Notes: generated by a model from the sequence alone, not told the origin. DNA of 64,000 nucleotides from an uncultured Nitrososphaerota archaeon (GCA_963824385.1 CAWGPD010000004.1:352001-416000); one strand, 5' to 3'; counted from the stretch's first letter, positions 31,112 to 41,044 are shown. Translations and numbers: made by a program.

Positions 31112-32599
31112 ATGAAAATCAATCTTACCAGAGATGTTTTACAAATAACAGGTATTACACTTTTTATTTTACTATTGACAAACAGTCTAACATTTTCTTC
31201 AAATAATTTTCCACAAGCTAATGGAATGGACGGTCTAGTTCCAAGTCTAGAACCAACTCAGCACATATCATCCAATCCCAATCTTTACGTCTCTGCAGAG
31301 AATCCCTTGTTTAAAAATTATTTTGCAGGTCCTCAAGTAATTGAAGTGATTGTAAATGATCCTGACATAAACAGATTAGATCAGGCCTATGGTGAACCTG
31401 TAGTAACTATCAATGGCAAGAGGTTAAGAATGGCTCAGGGAATAGATGGAAATTGGTATGCATACTTTGCAGATAGAAATCAGGCAATTGCTGCAAGTAA
31501 TACCCAACTTGGTATTACAGGCAAAGGACTCAACTTTGGAGGATTCTGTGATCCTACAAGTACGTTTAGTCCAATGCCTGGTGTGATTTATACTGAAACA
31601 GATGGATTCACGCTAGCAAGAGGTGGATTTGGTTCGGTAAACCATACGTCTACTGTTGTTATAACTTCAAGTAATTTAGGAACATGTACAAATGTCCAAG
31701 GAATATTAACTGCAAATCAAATGGAACATGTAGTTAGACTAAATCAAACTCTTAACTCAAATCCAAGTGGCTTTAATGCAGATAGTACATACTCACAAGT
31801 ATGGCCCATAATCCAATTATTTGATTTCTCTTCAATTCCCTCAGCAGTAATAGTAGACTATCAAAAAAATGGCGGAGATCAAATTGTCAATTTGATATTT
31901 GATAGGATTCCCAAAAATATCATAACGCCAGTAAGCAATAGATCAGATTATCCACAAGGAGCCCAGGTTCAAGCAGATTTGATTGATCCGCAACTTAACA
32001 TTGATCCGACAGATGAAGATTCTTGGACTTGGGGTACTTCGCCTACTAACAACACCGTATTTTATCAAGCATTTTCTAGAAACGGAGAGCCTGATGCAGA
32101 TGGAACTCTTGGAATGCAAGACCTAAGTGGAAACTTGACAGCTTTGATGTTCAATCATAACGGCATACTAACAACTTATCCCAGTCCACAAGGTGTACAG
32201 GTTGCAGAATTACAAAGTAATGGAATACAAAAACTGTTCAAAGATAGTAACGGACATTATAGAACGCAATCAATTAGCGGACCGTCAGTTCCAACAACAT
32301 TACTAGAGATTCAGCCAAATGCTGGAATCTTTGCAGATTATGATGCAGGCGGAATAGCAGATTTAAAGATTCTAGATCATGCTAAAAGGGACACGTCTTT
32401 TACAGTAAAATACAATGACGTATCATATAGTGTAGTAGTAAAGTTTTACAATGCACAGTTAACAATGGGTTGGCCAAGCACTCAGACTACAAATATACAA
32501 TATACAAATCAGCCAGAGAAACAATCTAGTTTTATTTCATTTTTGAAAGAATTTGTTTTAAAAAATCTATTTTTTATTGATTATTTGCAGTCCTTGTGA
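31112..32599 (+). CDS. Short paralog of the thaumarchaeal S-layer protein (N-terminal domains)
   Basis: NLYVSAEN..F.NYFAGPQVIEV..D.DI......GEP.VT.NGK.LRM.Q..DGNWY.YFADR resembles, from memory, the Nitrosopumilus S-layer protein N-terminus; LNIDPTDEDSWTW. Confidence 0.7.
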   Translation: MKINLTRDVLQITGITLFILLLTNSLTFSSNNFPQANGMDGLVPSLEPTQHISSNPNLYVSAENPLFKNYFAGPQVIEVIVNDPDINRLDQAYGEPVVTINGKRLRMAQGIDGNWYAYFADRNQAIAASNTQLGITGKGLNFGGFCDPTSTFSPMPGVIYTETDGFTLARGGFGSVNHTSTVVITSSNLGTCTNVQGILTANQMEHVVRLNQTLNSNPSGFNADSTYSQVWPIIQLFDFSSIPSAVIVDYQKNGGDQIVNLIFDRIPKNIITPVSNRSDYPQGAQVQADLIDPQLNIDPTDEDSWTWGTSPTNNTVFYQAFSRNGEPDADGTLGMQDLSGNLTALMFNHNGILTTYPSPQGVQVAELQSNGIQKLFKDSNGHYRTQSISGPSVPTTLLEIQPNAGIFADYDAGGIADLKILDHAKRDTSFTVKYNDVSYSVVVKFYNAQLTMGWPSTQTTNIQYTNQPEKQSSFISFLKEFVLKNLFFIDYLQSL

Positions 32600-32827
32600 A
32601 ACCATAGTTCCCCAAATAGGATATCGCCTTGTTCAAATCTCATACAAGTTACGTAAAGATAAATCACAGGTAGAAACCTTAGTGCAATAAAATAATAACA
32701 TTTCCATAATTAGGCAATAGTAGCATAGTGTTTTCATTTTTTAGACATCGTCATATCGTATGTGTTTGATCATTTTAGAAAATATAATACATAATATCTA
32801 TAGAGGGACGAAAAATTTGAAAGAAAT

Positions 32828-32986
32828 TTGTTTGTCGAGACAGCAAAAAGTAAACGTGGTGTCGAGTCGCCAAAATGTGGTGATTGTGGACATGTGTTAG
32901 ATGAACATTATCACTTAAAATCTGAAGGCTATGGGTGTGTTGGAGAAGATATGAGGTGCACCTGTATGACATTTGTGATAAGATAA
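32828..32986 (+). CDS. 52-aa Cys/His-rich microprotein (not in ORF track)
   Basis: CGDCGH....H.........C......CTC..F; TTG start. Confidence 0.6.
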   Translation: MFVETAKSKRGVESPKCGDCGHVLDEHYHLKSEGYGCVGEDMRCTCMTFVIR

Positions 32987-33054
32987 TATTTTATTCATCT
33001 AGATTGGAACAACAAAAATAATACAAATGTTACAAACCCAACGTATTTGGTACA

Positions 33055-33981
33055 TTATCTGACAATAGGTGATAATTTTTCAACATCTTTTGGCAATAAT
33101 ATCGTAAAAGTTGTAGGATAGTTTCTTACCGAGAGCGTACCATGATGTTGTCTAATGATGTTTTTGCAACTTGGCAGACCTAGTCCAGTCCCATGTTCTT
33201 TGGTGGTAAATAATGGCTCAAAGATTCTATGAATAGCATCTTCAGGTATTGGCAAGCCAGAATTTTGAACATCTATTTGTATCTCATCGTCTTTCTTGAG
33301 AAATCTTATCAAAATTTCTCCAGAGGTCTTTTCTCCAATTGATTGTATTGCGTTTGTTATCAAGTTGTAGAAAACAACTTCCAATTTTGAACCATCACAT
33401 TTTAGTGAAATATCATTTTCTGGCACAATCATTTTAATATTTTCTGGAATTTTTATTCCCTCTAATGAATTGGAAATTATATCCAATAATGAATTTTTTT
33501 TCAACATCAACGGTTGGGTTTTAGCAAAATTCAAGACATCGCTTGTTAGCATATTCATTTTAGTGACAGCACGGCTTATTTTTGCAAAATGCTCAAAAAC
33601 TTCTTCATTAAACTTGTCTTTGTATCTGATTGTCATTATGTCTACTGCATTTTTGATTATAGACATTGGATTTCTCAAGTCATGTGCTAGATCAGATGCC
33701 AATTCACCCACAATTGCAAGTTTTTCTTCCTTGATGACTTGTTCAGTTTTAATTTGTTGTACGCCAGTAACAAATTCACATTTTAATCCAAGTGATTCAT
33801 GATGTTTCCAAATAGCTTCTTCGTTTGGAGCATCCAATACACAGTATAATCGATCTTCCTTTTTATTATAAAATATCTCTAAATGTTTAACTCTGAAACC
33901 ATCAACTGGTGAATTTACTGCTTTTTCTAGATCTTCTGGATTAAGACCTGCCATATTGTGTCCGTCGATGAAAATAGGCAT
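33055..33981 (-). CDS. Cytoplasmic sensor histidine kinase with N-terminal DUF4242-like domain
   Basis: MPIFIDGH...YCVLDAPNEEAI.KHH; LAHDLRNP (H box), NLITNA, FEPLFTTK, GTGLGL. Confidence 0.9.
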   Translation of the reverse strand: MPIFIDGHNMAGLNPEDLEKAVNSPVDGFRVKHLEIFYNKKEDRLYCVLDAPNEEAIWKHHESLGLKCEFVTGVQQIKTEQVIKEEKLAIVGELASDLAHDLRNPMSIIKNAVDIMTIRYKDKFNEEVFEHFAKISRAVTKMNMLTSDVLNFAKTQPLMLKKNSLLDIISNSLEGIKIPENIKMIVPENDISLKCDGSKLEVVFYNLITNAIQSIGEKTSGEILIRFLKKDDEIQIDVQNSGLPIPEDAIHRIFEPLFTTKEHGTGLGLPSCKNIIRQHHGTLSVRNYPTTFTILLPKDVEKLSPIVR

Positions 33982-34133
33982 GTTGATATTTTAATATGTA
34001 TTTTTCAAATAAAAGTGTTTTACTTGAAATTTGTTAGAATAAGCACTCAGGAGGCATGTAAAATTTATGTTAATTTTATTTTGAGTTTTAACCAGATTCA
34101 GCGAAGGTTTGAATTCTTGGACCCATCTACTCA

Positions 34134-34169
34134 CATGGGCTTATTTTCAGGCCCACTTTGTAAGTAAAA
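34134..34169 (-). repeat. Dispersed intergenic repeat, copy 3
   Basis: CATGGGCTTATTTTCAGGCCCACTTTGTAAGTAAAA. Confidence 0.75.
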
Positions 34170-34187
34170 TCTCCATTCTGGCAAAAG

Positions 34188-35183
34188 TTAAGATTTATCG
34201 AGAAAATCTTTTGTTTCAAAAAACCCAGAGAGTTCTTTGGATATTTGCTCTGAGAATATTTCTAATACCTCAAAATCTGTAGGCGAGAACACCTTTTCAC
34301 TAAACATTCCTAATACTGCTACTGCTTCACCCTTGTAGATTAATGGATATCCTGCAAATGACTTGAGTTTGTCCTTTTTTGCCCATTCAGGATACTTTAT
34401 TCTAGGATCGTGAACTATGTCATTTGAGACTACAGGTTTTCGTGTTTTAGCAATAGAGCCTATTTTTAATGAGTTATACGGAATTTTTGAAAATTCACCG
34501 TGTATATTTTTGTATTTTCCTGCGCTATATTTTAGGACAAGTGATTTTGATTTTTTGTCAACAAACCAAACTCTGGCAAATTTGGCATCAAAATGCTTTA
34601 CAAGACTTTCAACTATGGCTTGTAATCTGTCATTTAGATTGTCGTGTTTTCGTATTGTGTTCAATATGGTATAGACTTCAAGTTTTCTTTCATGCAAAAC
34701 ATGCTCATCAAATAGAACATAGGGAGATGATTTTTTTACCTTTGATTCATAGGAGCGAAAATCAGCAATCAGATCCGCAAATCTGTTTAGTAAATTGTTT
34801 GTTTCAAGATCATATTGTTCAACTGATGAGAAAACAAAGTGACAAACCCAGTCAAAATCTCCTGATAGTCTTGTAGAATAGATACAGAAAGGTGATTCAT
34901 TTAGATAATCTGTTAGCCTTCGAATTGCTTCGTTAGTATTTTTTGAAAACTTGAATTTAACAAGTATAGTTCTATTAATTTTTTCCGAAACAATTTCAGG
35001 ATTTAAAATTGTGGAATATCCTATGATTGTTTTATTTTTCTCAAGCCTTGCCAATCGTTGTCTTACGGCTCTATCAGTGATTGTAAAACCCATGTCTTGA
35101 AGTTTTTTAGATATTTCATGAGAAGATATTCGGGCATTTTTTCCCAATTGGAAAAGAATTACCTTGTCAATCTCGTCTAGCAT
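34188..35183 (-). CDS. Lrp/AsnC regulator fused to C-terminal GAF domain
   Basis: LDEIDKVIL..L.KNAR...VRQRLARLE; SGDFD; GAF: ND...DPR...WA...LKSFAGYPL. Confidence 0.88.
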   Translation of the reverse strand: MLDEIDKVILFQLGKNARISSHEISKKLQDMGFTITDRAVRQRLARLEKNKTIIGYSTILNPEIVSEKINRTILVKFKFSKNTNEAIRRLTDYLNESPFCIYSTRLSGDFDWVCHFVFSSVEQYDLETNNLLNRFADLIADFRSYESKVKKSSPYVLFDEHVLHERKLEVYTILNTIRKHDNLNDRLQAIVESLVKHFDAKFARVWFVDKKSKSLVLKYSAGKYKNIHGEFSKIPYNSLKIGSIAKTRKPVVSNDIVHDPRIKYPEWAKKDKLKSFAGYPLIYKGEAVAVLGMFSEKVFSPTDFEVLEIFSEQISKELSGFFETKDFLDKS

Positions 35184-35215
35184 GAATGATACTGGTAGAT
35201 GTGATTAATATTGGT

Positions 35216-35285
35216 TTTCCGAATCGGAAATTTCGAGCACATATTACATATAATATTAGTCATTTTACTTCCGAATCGGAAATTT
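35216..35285. promoter_or_regulatory. Two identical palindromic operators TTCCGAATCGGAA
   Basis: 17-mer TTCCGAATCGGAAATTT at 35217 and 35269 (52 bp apart), between divergent genes. Confidence 0.8.
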
Positions 35286-35337
35286 TTCTTTTGTAATTAC
35301 TTCCGTATACAATATCAAGGAACGAGTCTAATGAAAT

Positions 35338-35619
35338 ATGATAATCATGAATTGGAAATCTGTCAATAAATTTGCAATACTGGTCATACTAATGGTCGCA
35401 GTTCCTGAAATTGCAGGTCATACTTTATTTGAGAAATCTCATCCACCTGATTCCTCAGTCTTGGCTGCAGTATCATTTGCAAATAATCTACGAGATAATA
35501 CTGAAAAAACAGGAATATGTCATTTGGCAATACAAGATGATCAATCAGGTTCACATGTGGATAGAGTTGCAGGCTTGGAATCAAAATATGGAAACTTTAC
35601 CTGCAATCAAGGAACTTGA
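35338..35619 (+). CDS. Hypothetical exported protein
   Basis: N-terminal hydrophobic segment; divergent from Lrp-GAF. Confidence 0.45.
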   Translation: MIIMNWKSVNKFAILVILMVAVPEIAGHTLFEKSHPPDSSVLAAVSFANNLRDNTEKTGICHLAIQDDQSGSHVDRVAGLESKYGNFTCNQGT

Positions 35620-35669
35620 TTCCAGATACCAACATGGAAATAATTTTAGTTCTACTTGCATCTGCATCA

Positions 35670-35723
35670 GGGAGATTCGTGTACCATCGTGGTCTTAATT
35701 TCAGGCCCATTTTGTACGTAAAT
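35670..35723 (-). repeat. Dispersed intergenic repeat, copy 4
   Basis: GGGAGATTCGTGTACCATCGTGGTCTTAATTTCAGGCCCATTTTGTACGTAAAT aligns with copy 2 over about 50 bp. Confidence 0.75.
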
Positions 35724-37348
35724 CAATTAGAGTCTTCAGTTTTCATTTTATGATTTTGCTTGGACATATCTTCGCTAATAAGATGAGATGTACGTGGAGG
35801 ATCCTTTCCAATATGAAATGAAATAGCATGTTGTTCTATGGCAAGGTCTGCTTTTGTCATGCGTTCATGGTGACGCAGATGGTCAGTCCAAGATTCCGAG
35901 GCAAACATCATGACATATCGACTTGGATTTTCAACATCGTGGAATAATTCCCAGCTGATTGCACCATCACGTAATAGGACAGAACGCATGTCATTCATTG
36001 CAGATTCAAACTCGCATGAACGTGTTGGATCAATTTGGAATTCCATCTCTACTAGTACAGATCCATCTGCATGATCATCAATGTCAATCATAGTACGGGG
36101 CATATGCCAATGCATTGACGGAGTAAGATCCACATCTGCAAGTGGTTTTAGTTTGTAACGAGTAGATGTAACAAGACCAACCACCAATCCAATTGCGGCA
36201 GCTATTAATGCAGTTGGAATTCCCCAAATTTCTGCAACAATCCCCCATAATATGCTGCCAAAAGCCACTCCTCCCCAATACATCATCTGATGAACTGAGA
36301 CTACACGTGTTCTTACCCATGAAGATACAGAATTGTATGCAACAAAATTCAAGCTCGATGATATTATAATCAAAGCTATTCCAATTGTAAATATTCCAAC
36401 AAACAAGATGGTAATGCCATGGTGTAATGATATGACAACCATTGCAACAGCATACAAAATTATCGCACCTGCTACACGCTTTTCTATTGAAATGTTCTTT
36501 ATCCGAGGTACTATAACAAAACCACTGAACAGACCACCTAGCCCAAATGCTCCAACCAAAATCCCAAAAAGAATTGAATTAGAACCTGCCTCGTTACGAG
36601 CCAACAGAGGCAAAAGTGATATCACTGCACTGCCACAAATTGTAATTGCAAAGTCTCGTACCAGCAGTGCACGTACATGTAATGAATGACGCATGTATCG
36701 CAATCCTGTGCTGATAGCCCCGATTACTTGCTCAGGTGGAAGAAGTTTGCGTTCTGACGGTTTATTCCACCTATGAAGAAAGATTATGATTCCTATGAAG
36801 GAGAGTGCGTTTAGCAGAAACACCATCCCAGGTCCTGCTACAGCAACTACAAGACCACCAAGAAGAGGACCTATTGCAAATCCAATGTAGATTGCCACAC
36901 TAAATAGTGTCATTGCAGCAAGAGCCATTTTTTTTGGTACAATCTCAGTTTGAATTACAACATTTACGGGTAAACTCATTGCGTTACCCAAGCCTAACAA
37001 TAAAGTAAACACGACAAGAATCGAAGATGTCGTAACGCCAGTAAAGGTAAGTAAGCTTAGGATTATAGCTACTGCAAGTGAAAAGTATTGTGTGACAAGG
37101 AAGAGCTTGCGTCTGTCAACAATATCTGCAAGGGCTCCGGCTGGAAATGCAAGTAGAAATATCGACAAGCTTGTCATCACTTGTAAAAGTGATACAACAA
37201 AGGGAGAAGGTGCAAGTGATGTCATCAGCCAACCAGAACCTGCAGTTTGCATGGATGCGCCTATGTCTGATGCAAACATTGTAATCCATAGAAATCTGTA
37301 CATTGTATTTTTCAATGGACTCTCTGATGCGGAATTTGTACTACTCAT
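35723..37348 (-). CDS. MFS transporter (MFS_3/DUF894-type) with C-terminal soluble ABM-like domain
   Basis: GALADIVDRRK; C-terminal RDGA.SW.LF.D...P.RY...F..ESW.DHLRHHER.T.AD. Confidence 0.88.
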   Translation of the reverse strand: MSSTNSASESPLKNTMYRFLWITMFASDIGASMQTAGSGWLMTSLAPSPFVVSLLQVMTSLSIFLLAFPAGALADIVDRRKLFLVTQYFSLAVAIILSLLTFTGVTTSSILVVFTLLLGLGNAMSLPVNVVIQTEIVPKKMALAAMTLFSVAIYIGFAIGPLLGGLVVAVAGPGMVFLLNALSFIGIIIFLHRWNKPSERKLLPPEQVIGAISTGLRYMRHSLHVRALLVRDFAITICGSAVISLLPLLARNEAGSNSILFGILVGAFGLGGLFSGFVIVPRIKNISIEKRVAGAIILYAVAMVVISLHHGITILFVGIFTIGIALIIISSSLNFVAYNSVSSWVRTRVVSVHQMMYWGGVAFGSILWGIVAEIWGIPTALIAAAIGLVVGLVTSTRYKLKPLADVDLTPSMHWHMPRTMIDIDDHADGSVLVEMEFQIDPTRSCEFESAMNDMRSVLLRDGAISWELFHDVENPSRYVMMFASESWTDHLRHHERMTKADLAIEQHAISFHIGKDPPRTSHLISEDMSKQNHKMKTEDSN

Positions 37349-37478
37349 ATAGCACAAATAATATTCATTGATTAAATCTATAAAGTAACCCCTTTCACTT
37401 TTTTATTTCCAAGTTCAAACTTGGTAGAAATTATGATTTGCTGGAAATAATTTCAAAAATAAACATTCAACAAGCTAG

Positions 37479-38312
37479 TCAGCTATTGAGAAAATCTAGT
37501 AGTGCCGAGTTTACTTCGTCTGCATGTGTCCACGATATACAATGTGGCCCATCCTTTACTATTACCAGTCTTGCATCTTTGACTATCTTTGCTGTTTTTG
37601 CTCCTGATGCTGATAGGGGGACAATACGATCCGCATCACCGTGAATGACAAGAGTTGGTACGTCAATTCGTAGTAGATCTTTCCTAAAATCTTCATGCCA
37701 AGTAGGTACGCAAGCATAGCTTGCCGTTGCGGATGCGCTAGCAGCCACATTCCAACATGCTTGGACTGCCTGTTCGCTTACTTTCTTGCCCATTAGCAAA
37801 TCAGTATTGAAGAAATTCTTGAAGAACTCTGTAAAGAATGTGTAACGATCAGATGCTACTGCCTTTTGAATCCCATCAAAGACAGCTTGGTCCACTCCTT
37901 CAGGATTGTCTTGCGTTTTAAGCAAAAAAGGCGGAACAGAAGCTATGAAGACTACATTTTTCACACCTTTGGATCCGTACTTTCCAAAGTATCGTGCAAT
38001 TTCGCCACCTCCCATCGAAAAACCAACCAAAGAAAAATCATGTAGCCCCAGATGTTTCACAATCTTATGAAGGTCTTCGGTAAAAGTATCATAGTTATAG
38101 CCTATAGTCGGCTTGCTTGAGTTACCAAAGCCTCTTCTATCATATGTGATGACTCGGAACCCAGCATCAAGTAAGATTGGAATTTGTTTTTCCCACGAAG
38201 CTCCATTAAGCGGGTACCCATGGATTAGTACAACTGGCTTGCCAGATCCGTGATCTTCATAATAGAGATCAATTGAATCAGAGTTTTCCTTACCGACACT
38301 TACAAACGGCAT
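37479..38312 (-). CDS. Non-heme haloperoxidase-type alpha/beta hydrolase
   Basis: YYEDHGSGKPVVLIHGYP; YDRRGFG; GFSMGG nucleophile; HGDADRI; GPH. Confidence 0.92.
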   Translation of the reverse strand: MPFVSVGKENSDSIDLYYEDHGSGKPVVLIHGYPLNGASWEKQIPILLDAGFRVITYDRRGFGNSSKPTIGYNYDTFTEDLHKIVKHLGLHDFSLVGFSMGGGEIARYFGKYGSKGVKNVVFIASVPPFLLKTQDNPEGVDQAVFDGIQKAVASDRYTFFTEFFKNFFNTDLLMGKKVSEQAVQACWNVAASASATASYACVPTWHEDFRKDLLRIDVPTLVIHGDADRIVPLSASGAKTAKIVKDARLVIVKDGPHCISWTHADEVNSALLDFLNS

Positions 38313-38412
38313 TATCTATCTCATGCCTCAATTTCTGGTAAGACTATCTGACTAATAAATAGACGGTGAGAAGATGGTAATTTTTAATTATTTTTTTAGA
38401 TTAATCTATTTT

Positions 38413-39118
38413 CTACTTTATAATCCCATCATGAAATTTGATACTTGCGTGACTGCCGTCACAAAACGGTTTATTGCTTGATGCTCCACAACGACACAGT
38501 GTTACACGGTTACGTTTTTCATAATGTGTTCCATCATGTGATTCAATTATAATTTCTCCACGTACCCAAAGCGGACCACTACATTTCAACGGCGGATCTT
38601 CAACTATTCCAATAGACGGGGGTAACTTGTCTTCGATTTCCTTGCCAGTTTTTTTGTCATGTATAGTTAGCCTACCGGATGGACAGTGCATAGCTTCTCG
38701 TATGACCAAGTCATGGATTTTTGGATCATCTGTTTTTTCAATCAAACTCCAGATTTTACCTTGAGGATCACAAAAGCGGGCAAACGCACAAAGGTTTTCC
38801 TGGTCATGTAGTTGCAAGGTAGGACCATCCATAGTTTGAGCCTGTGTGGCATAAGGTTCTTTGGATGTAGTTTCTTTTCCATCAAAATTTATTTTTGTAT
38901 GAGTACCATCGCAGAAAGGTTTGTTCTTTGAATTGCCACAACGACACAGATAATATTCAGATTTTGTTTCAAATGTTTTACCCTGTTTCCAATCCCATGA
39001 AAATCCATCTTTGTTATTTGTAATTATTTCAACTGTAAGAGGAATGTCTCCAGAAACAATGTATGGCCCATTCTTGTCTATAATGATTTTCTTTACTTTA
39101 GAGTGTTCATTAGGACAT
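38413..39118 (-). CDS. CDGSH iron-sulfur protein (two CDGSH motifs flanking a divergent 4Fe-4S domain); +1 frameshift right after the ATG
   Basis: Upstream frame LCRCGNSKNKPFCDGTH; CAFARFC...CPSGRL; LCRCGASSNKPFCDGSH. Confidence 0.88.
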
Positions 39119-39227
39119 AAAATGTCATATGTTAATTATAAGGATTTTACAGTTTTGTTAAATACCTTAGAACTGTTTGTTTTGCACATACAAGTCACTA
39201 TATGAAATATCATTCTCAGTATTATTC

Positions 39228-39725
39228 ATGGACGAAGAGAGATATCTACGAATACTAGTTGCTGAAGACAACAGGGAATTGACAGATGCATACAAAATGG
39301 CATTGGAGGAAAGAGGTCATGCAGTTACGATTACAAGAGATGGAATAGAATGTATGCAGACATACAAAGAGTTTGAAAAACGTGAGAATGCGGAAAAAAA
39401 ATCAGGCACATCATATTTTGATGCTGTTATACTGGATCATTTTATGCCCGGAATGGACGGAATAGACACAGCAATAGAGATACAGCGTATCAATCCAAAA
39501 CAAAGAATAATTTTCATAACAGGAGGAGGTAAACAAGTTTTAAGAAAATTGAGGGAAGTTGAAGAAAATGTAGAGTTTATGACCAAACCGCTTACATTAC
39601 AAGCCTTAATTAGACAAATCGAGAGTTGGCCAGTACACTTGTGGCGTCAAAGGGTCAAAGAAGGATTCAAGGAATGGGACGGGTATGTAGGAACATCAGT
39701 TCCAGTAGGACCAAGTAGAGCTTAA
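39228..39725 (+). CDS. Response regulator receiver protein
   Basis: ILVAED; ILDHFMP; QRIIFIT; KP; likely ATG at 39228. Confidence 0.9.
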   Translation: MDEERYLRILVAEDNRELTDAYKMALEERGHAVTITRDGIECMQTYKEFEKRENAEKKSGTSYFDAVILDHFMPGMDGIDTAIEIQRINPKQRIIFITGGGKQVLRKLREVEENVEFMTKPLTLQALIRQIESWPVHLWRQRVKEGFKEWDGYVGTSVPVGPSRA

Positions 39726-39841
39726 TAGAAATATTGCATGAAAAAGAAATAAACGATTTTAATAGAATGGCAAACATATTGGTAGATAATCAATTTTTTT
39801 CTAATGTAAAAATTTGTCGGGTAGATTTTACGTGATATACA

Positions 39842-40051
39842 TTACGTGTTCTTATTAAGAACATATAGGATGTTAATCAGCATGACTATACCAAAGGTAA
39901 CAAAGAGTAATGGAAGTTTTGTCTTAAAATTATCTGCTGTGAATTGATACTTTCGTATAATAAAGTAAGAAATTATTGAATAGATGGCAGTAATAGCAAT
40001 ACATCTTGTAACAAGTTCCTTAGCTAGTTCAGATGATAATATATCCACCAT
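39842..40051 (-). CDS. Small membrane protein
   Basis: Two TM segments. Confidence 0.55.
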   Translation of the reverse strand: MVDILSSELAKELVTRCIAITAIYSIISYFIIRKYQFTADNFKTKLPLLFVTFGIVMLINILYVLNKNT

Positions 40052-40061
40052 AAAGAGATGG

Positions 40062-40235
40062 CTATAATTTTGAAACGTCTCTTTCTATATTTTTGCCTTC
40101 GTTATCGATATAATAGTAGGTATCATGACCATCATTTTCAAAATGTAATGTGAAACTCTCATCTAAATCGTCTAATGTATCGCCTCTGACTTGAAATCCG
40201 CATTCGGTACAAATTCCCCTCATGTCTCTAGTCAT
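40062..40235 (-). CDS. 57-aa C2H2-like Zn microprotein (not in ORF track)
   Basis: CTECG...LHFENDGH. Confidence 0.65.
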   Translation of the reverse strand: MTRDMRGICTECGFQVRGDTLDDLDESFTLHFENDGHDTYYYIDNEGKNIERDVSKL

Positions 40236-40272
40236 ATTGTAAATTTTGTTATTTCTTACTAATAAACAAGAT

Positions 40273-40737
40273 CTAGATTTTGTTATTAATCTGATATGGC
40301 AATTTTAATTCAAGTGGTTTAGCACCATCGGAGGCATTGTTTTTGAACTCTTGGTTTGTTGACAACCATGCTGCAATATCAGTTGTTGTTATCATTCCAG
40401 ATAGCTTGCCATCTATATCAACAACTACAAGTCGCTTTATTCCATAGATTGACATGACAAGTGCTGCCTGCTCTATTGTCTCTTCTTGCAGGATTGTTAT
40501 AATTGGACGAGACATTATTTCTTCAACAGATATTTTAGATGGGTTTACGTCTTGCGATACAACCTTTCCTACTATATCTCTCTCAGTTACAATGCCTACT
40601 GGGTTTCCTTTTTGTGTAGCAACAAGAGAACTTATCCTACCCTTTAACATCAATAGTGCTGCTTCTCGTACATCGGAATCTACTGGGATGGTAGTAACAT
40701 ATACTGTCATTATATCCTTGACAGTTGATTCAGACAT
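40273..40737 (-). CDS. CBS-pair protein
   Basis: VKDIMT; GIVTERD; GMITTTD. Confidence 0.9.
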   Translation of the reverse strand: MSESTVKDIMTVYVTTIPVDSDVREAALLMLKGRISSLVATQKGNPVGIVTERDIVGKVVSQDVNPSKISVEEIMSRPIITILQEETIEQAALVMSIYGIKRLVVVDIDGKLSGMITTTDIAAWLSTNQEFKNNASDGAKPLELKLPYQINNKI

Positions 40738-40885
40738 GTTGTCATGGTGTTAGTTTTAATTTTTAATAAACAATGGCTACTCAAGATGACTGGATGATAA
40801 ATTAATTTAACCAAATTTTATGAGATAGATATTATTTTTCCATACGAGGGAATTATAGTTTCATCGACCTATGGCCTGGACTAGT

Positions 40886-41044
40886 TTAAAATTCATATAG
40901 TTTTACGATGCAGCCATATTTCTCAGATAGGCGATCATTACAAATTACCAAGCCAAATTTCCACGATTCTACAAGTTCTTTTACAACTTGGTTCACATCA
41001 TCATACTCATCTTCTACTAAATTCTCTTGCATTATTTGGTTCAT
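40886..41044 (-). CDS. 52-aa hypothetical protein (not in ORF track)
   Basis: MNQIMQENLVEDEYDDVNQVVKELVESWKFG...; palindrome upstream. Confidence 0.4.
   Translation of the reverse strand: MNQIMQENLVEDEYDDVNQVVKELVESWKFGLVICNDRLSEKYGCIVKLYEF

Noticed and set aside
32775..32972. 65-aa His-rich minus-strand ORF
   Set aside because: Antisense to a more convincing Cys/His microprotein at 32828-32986
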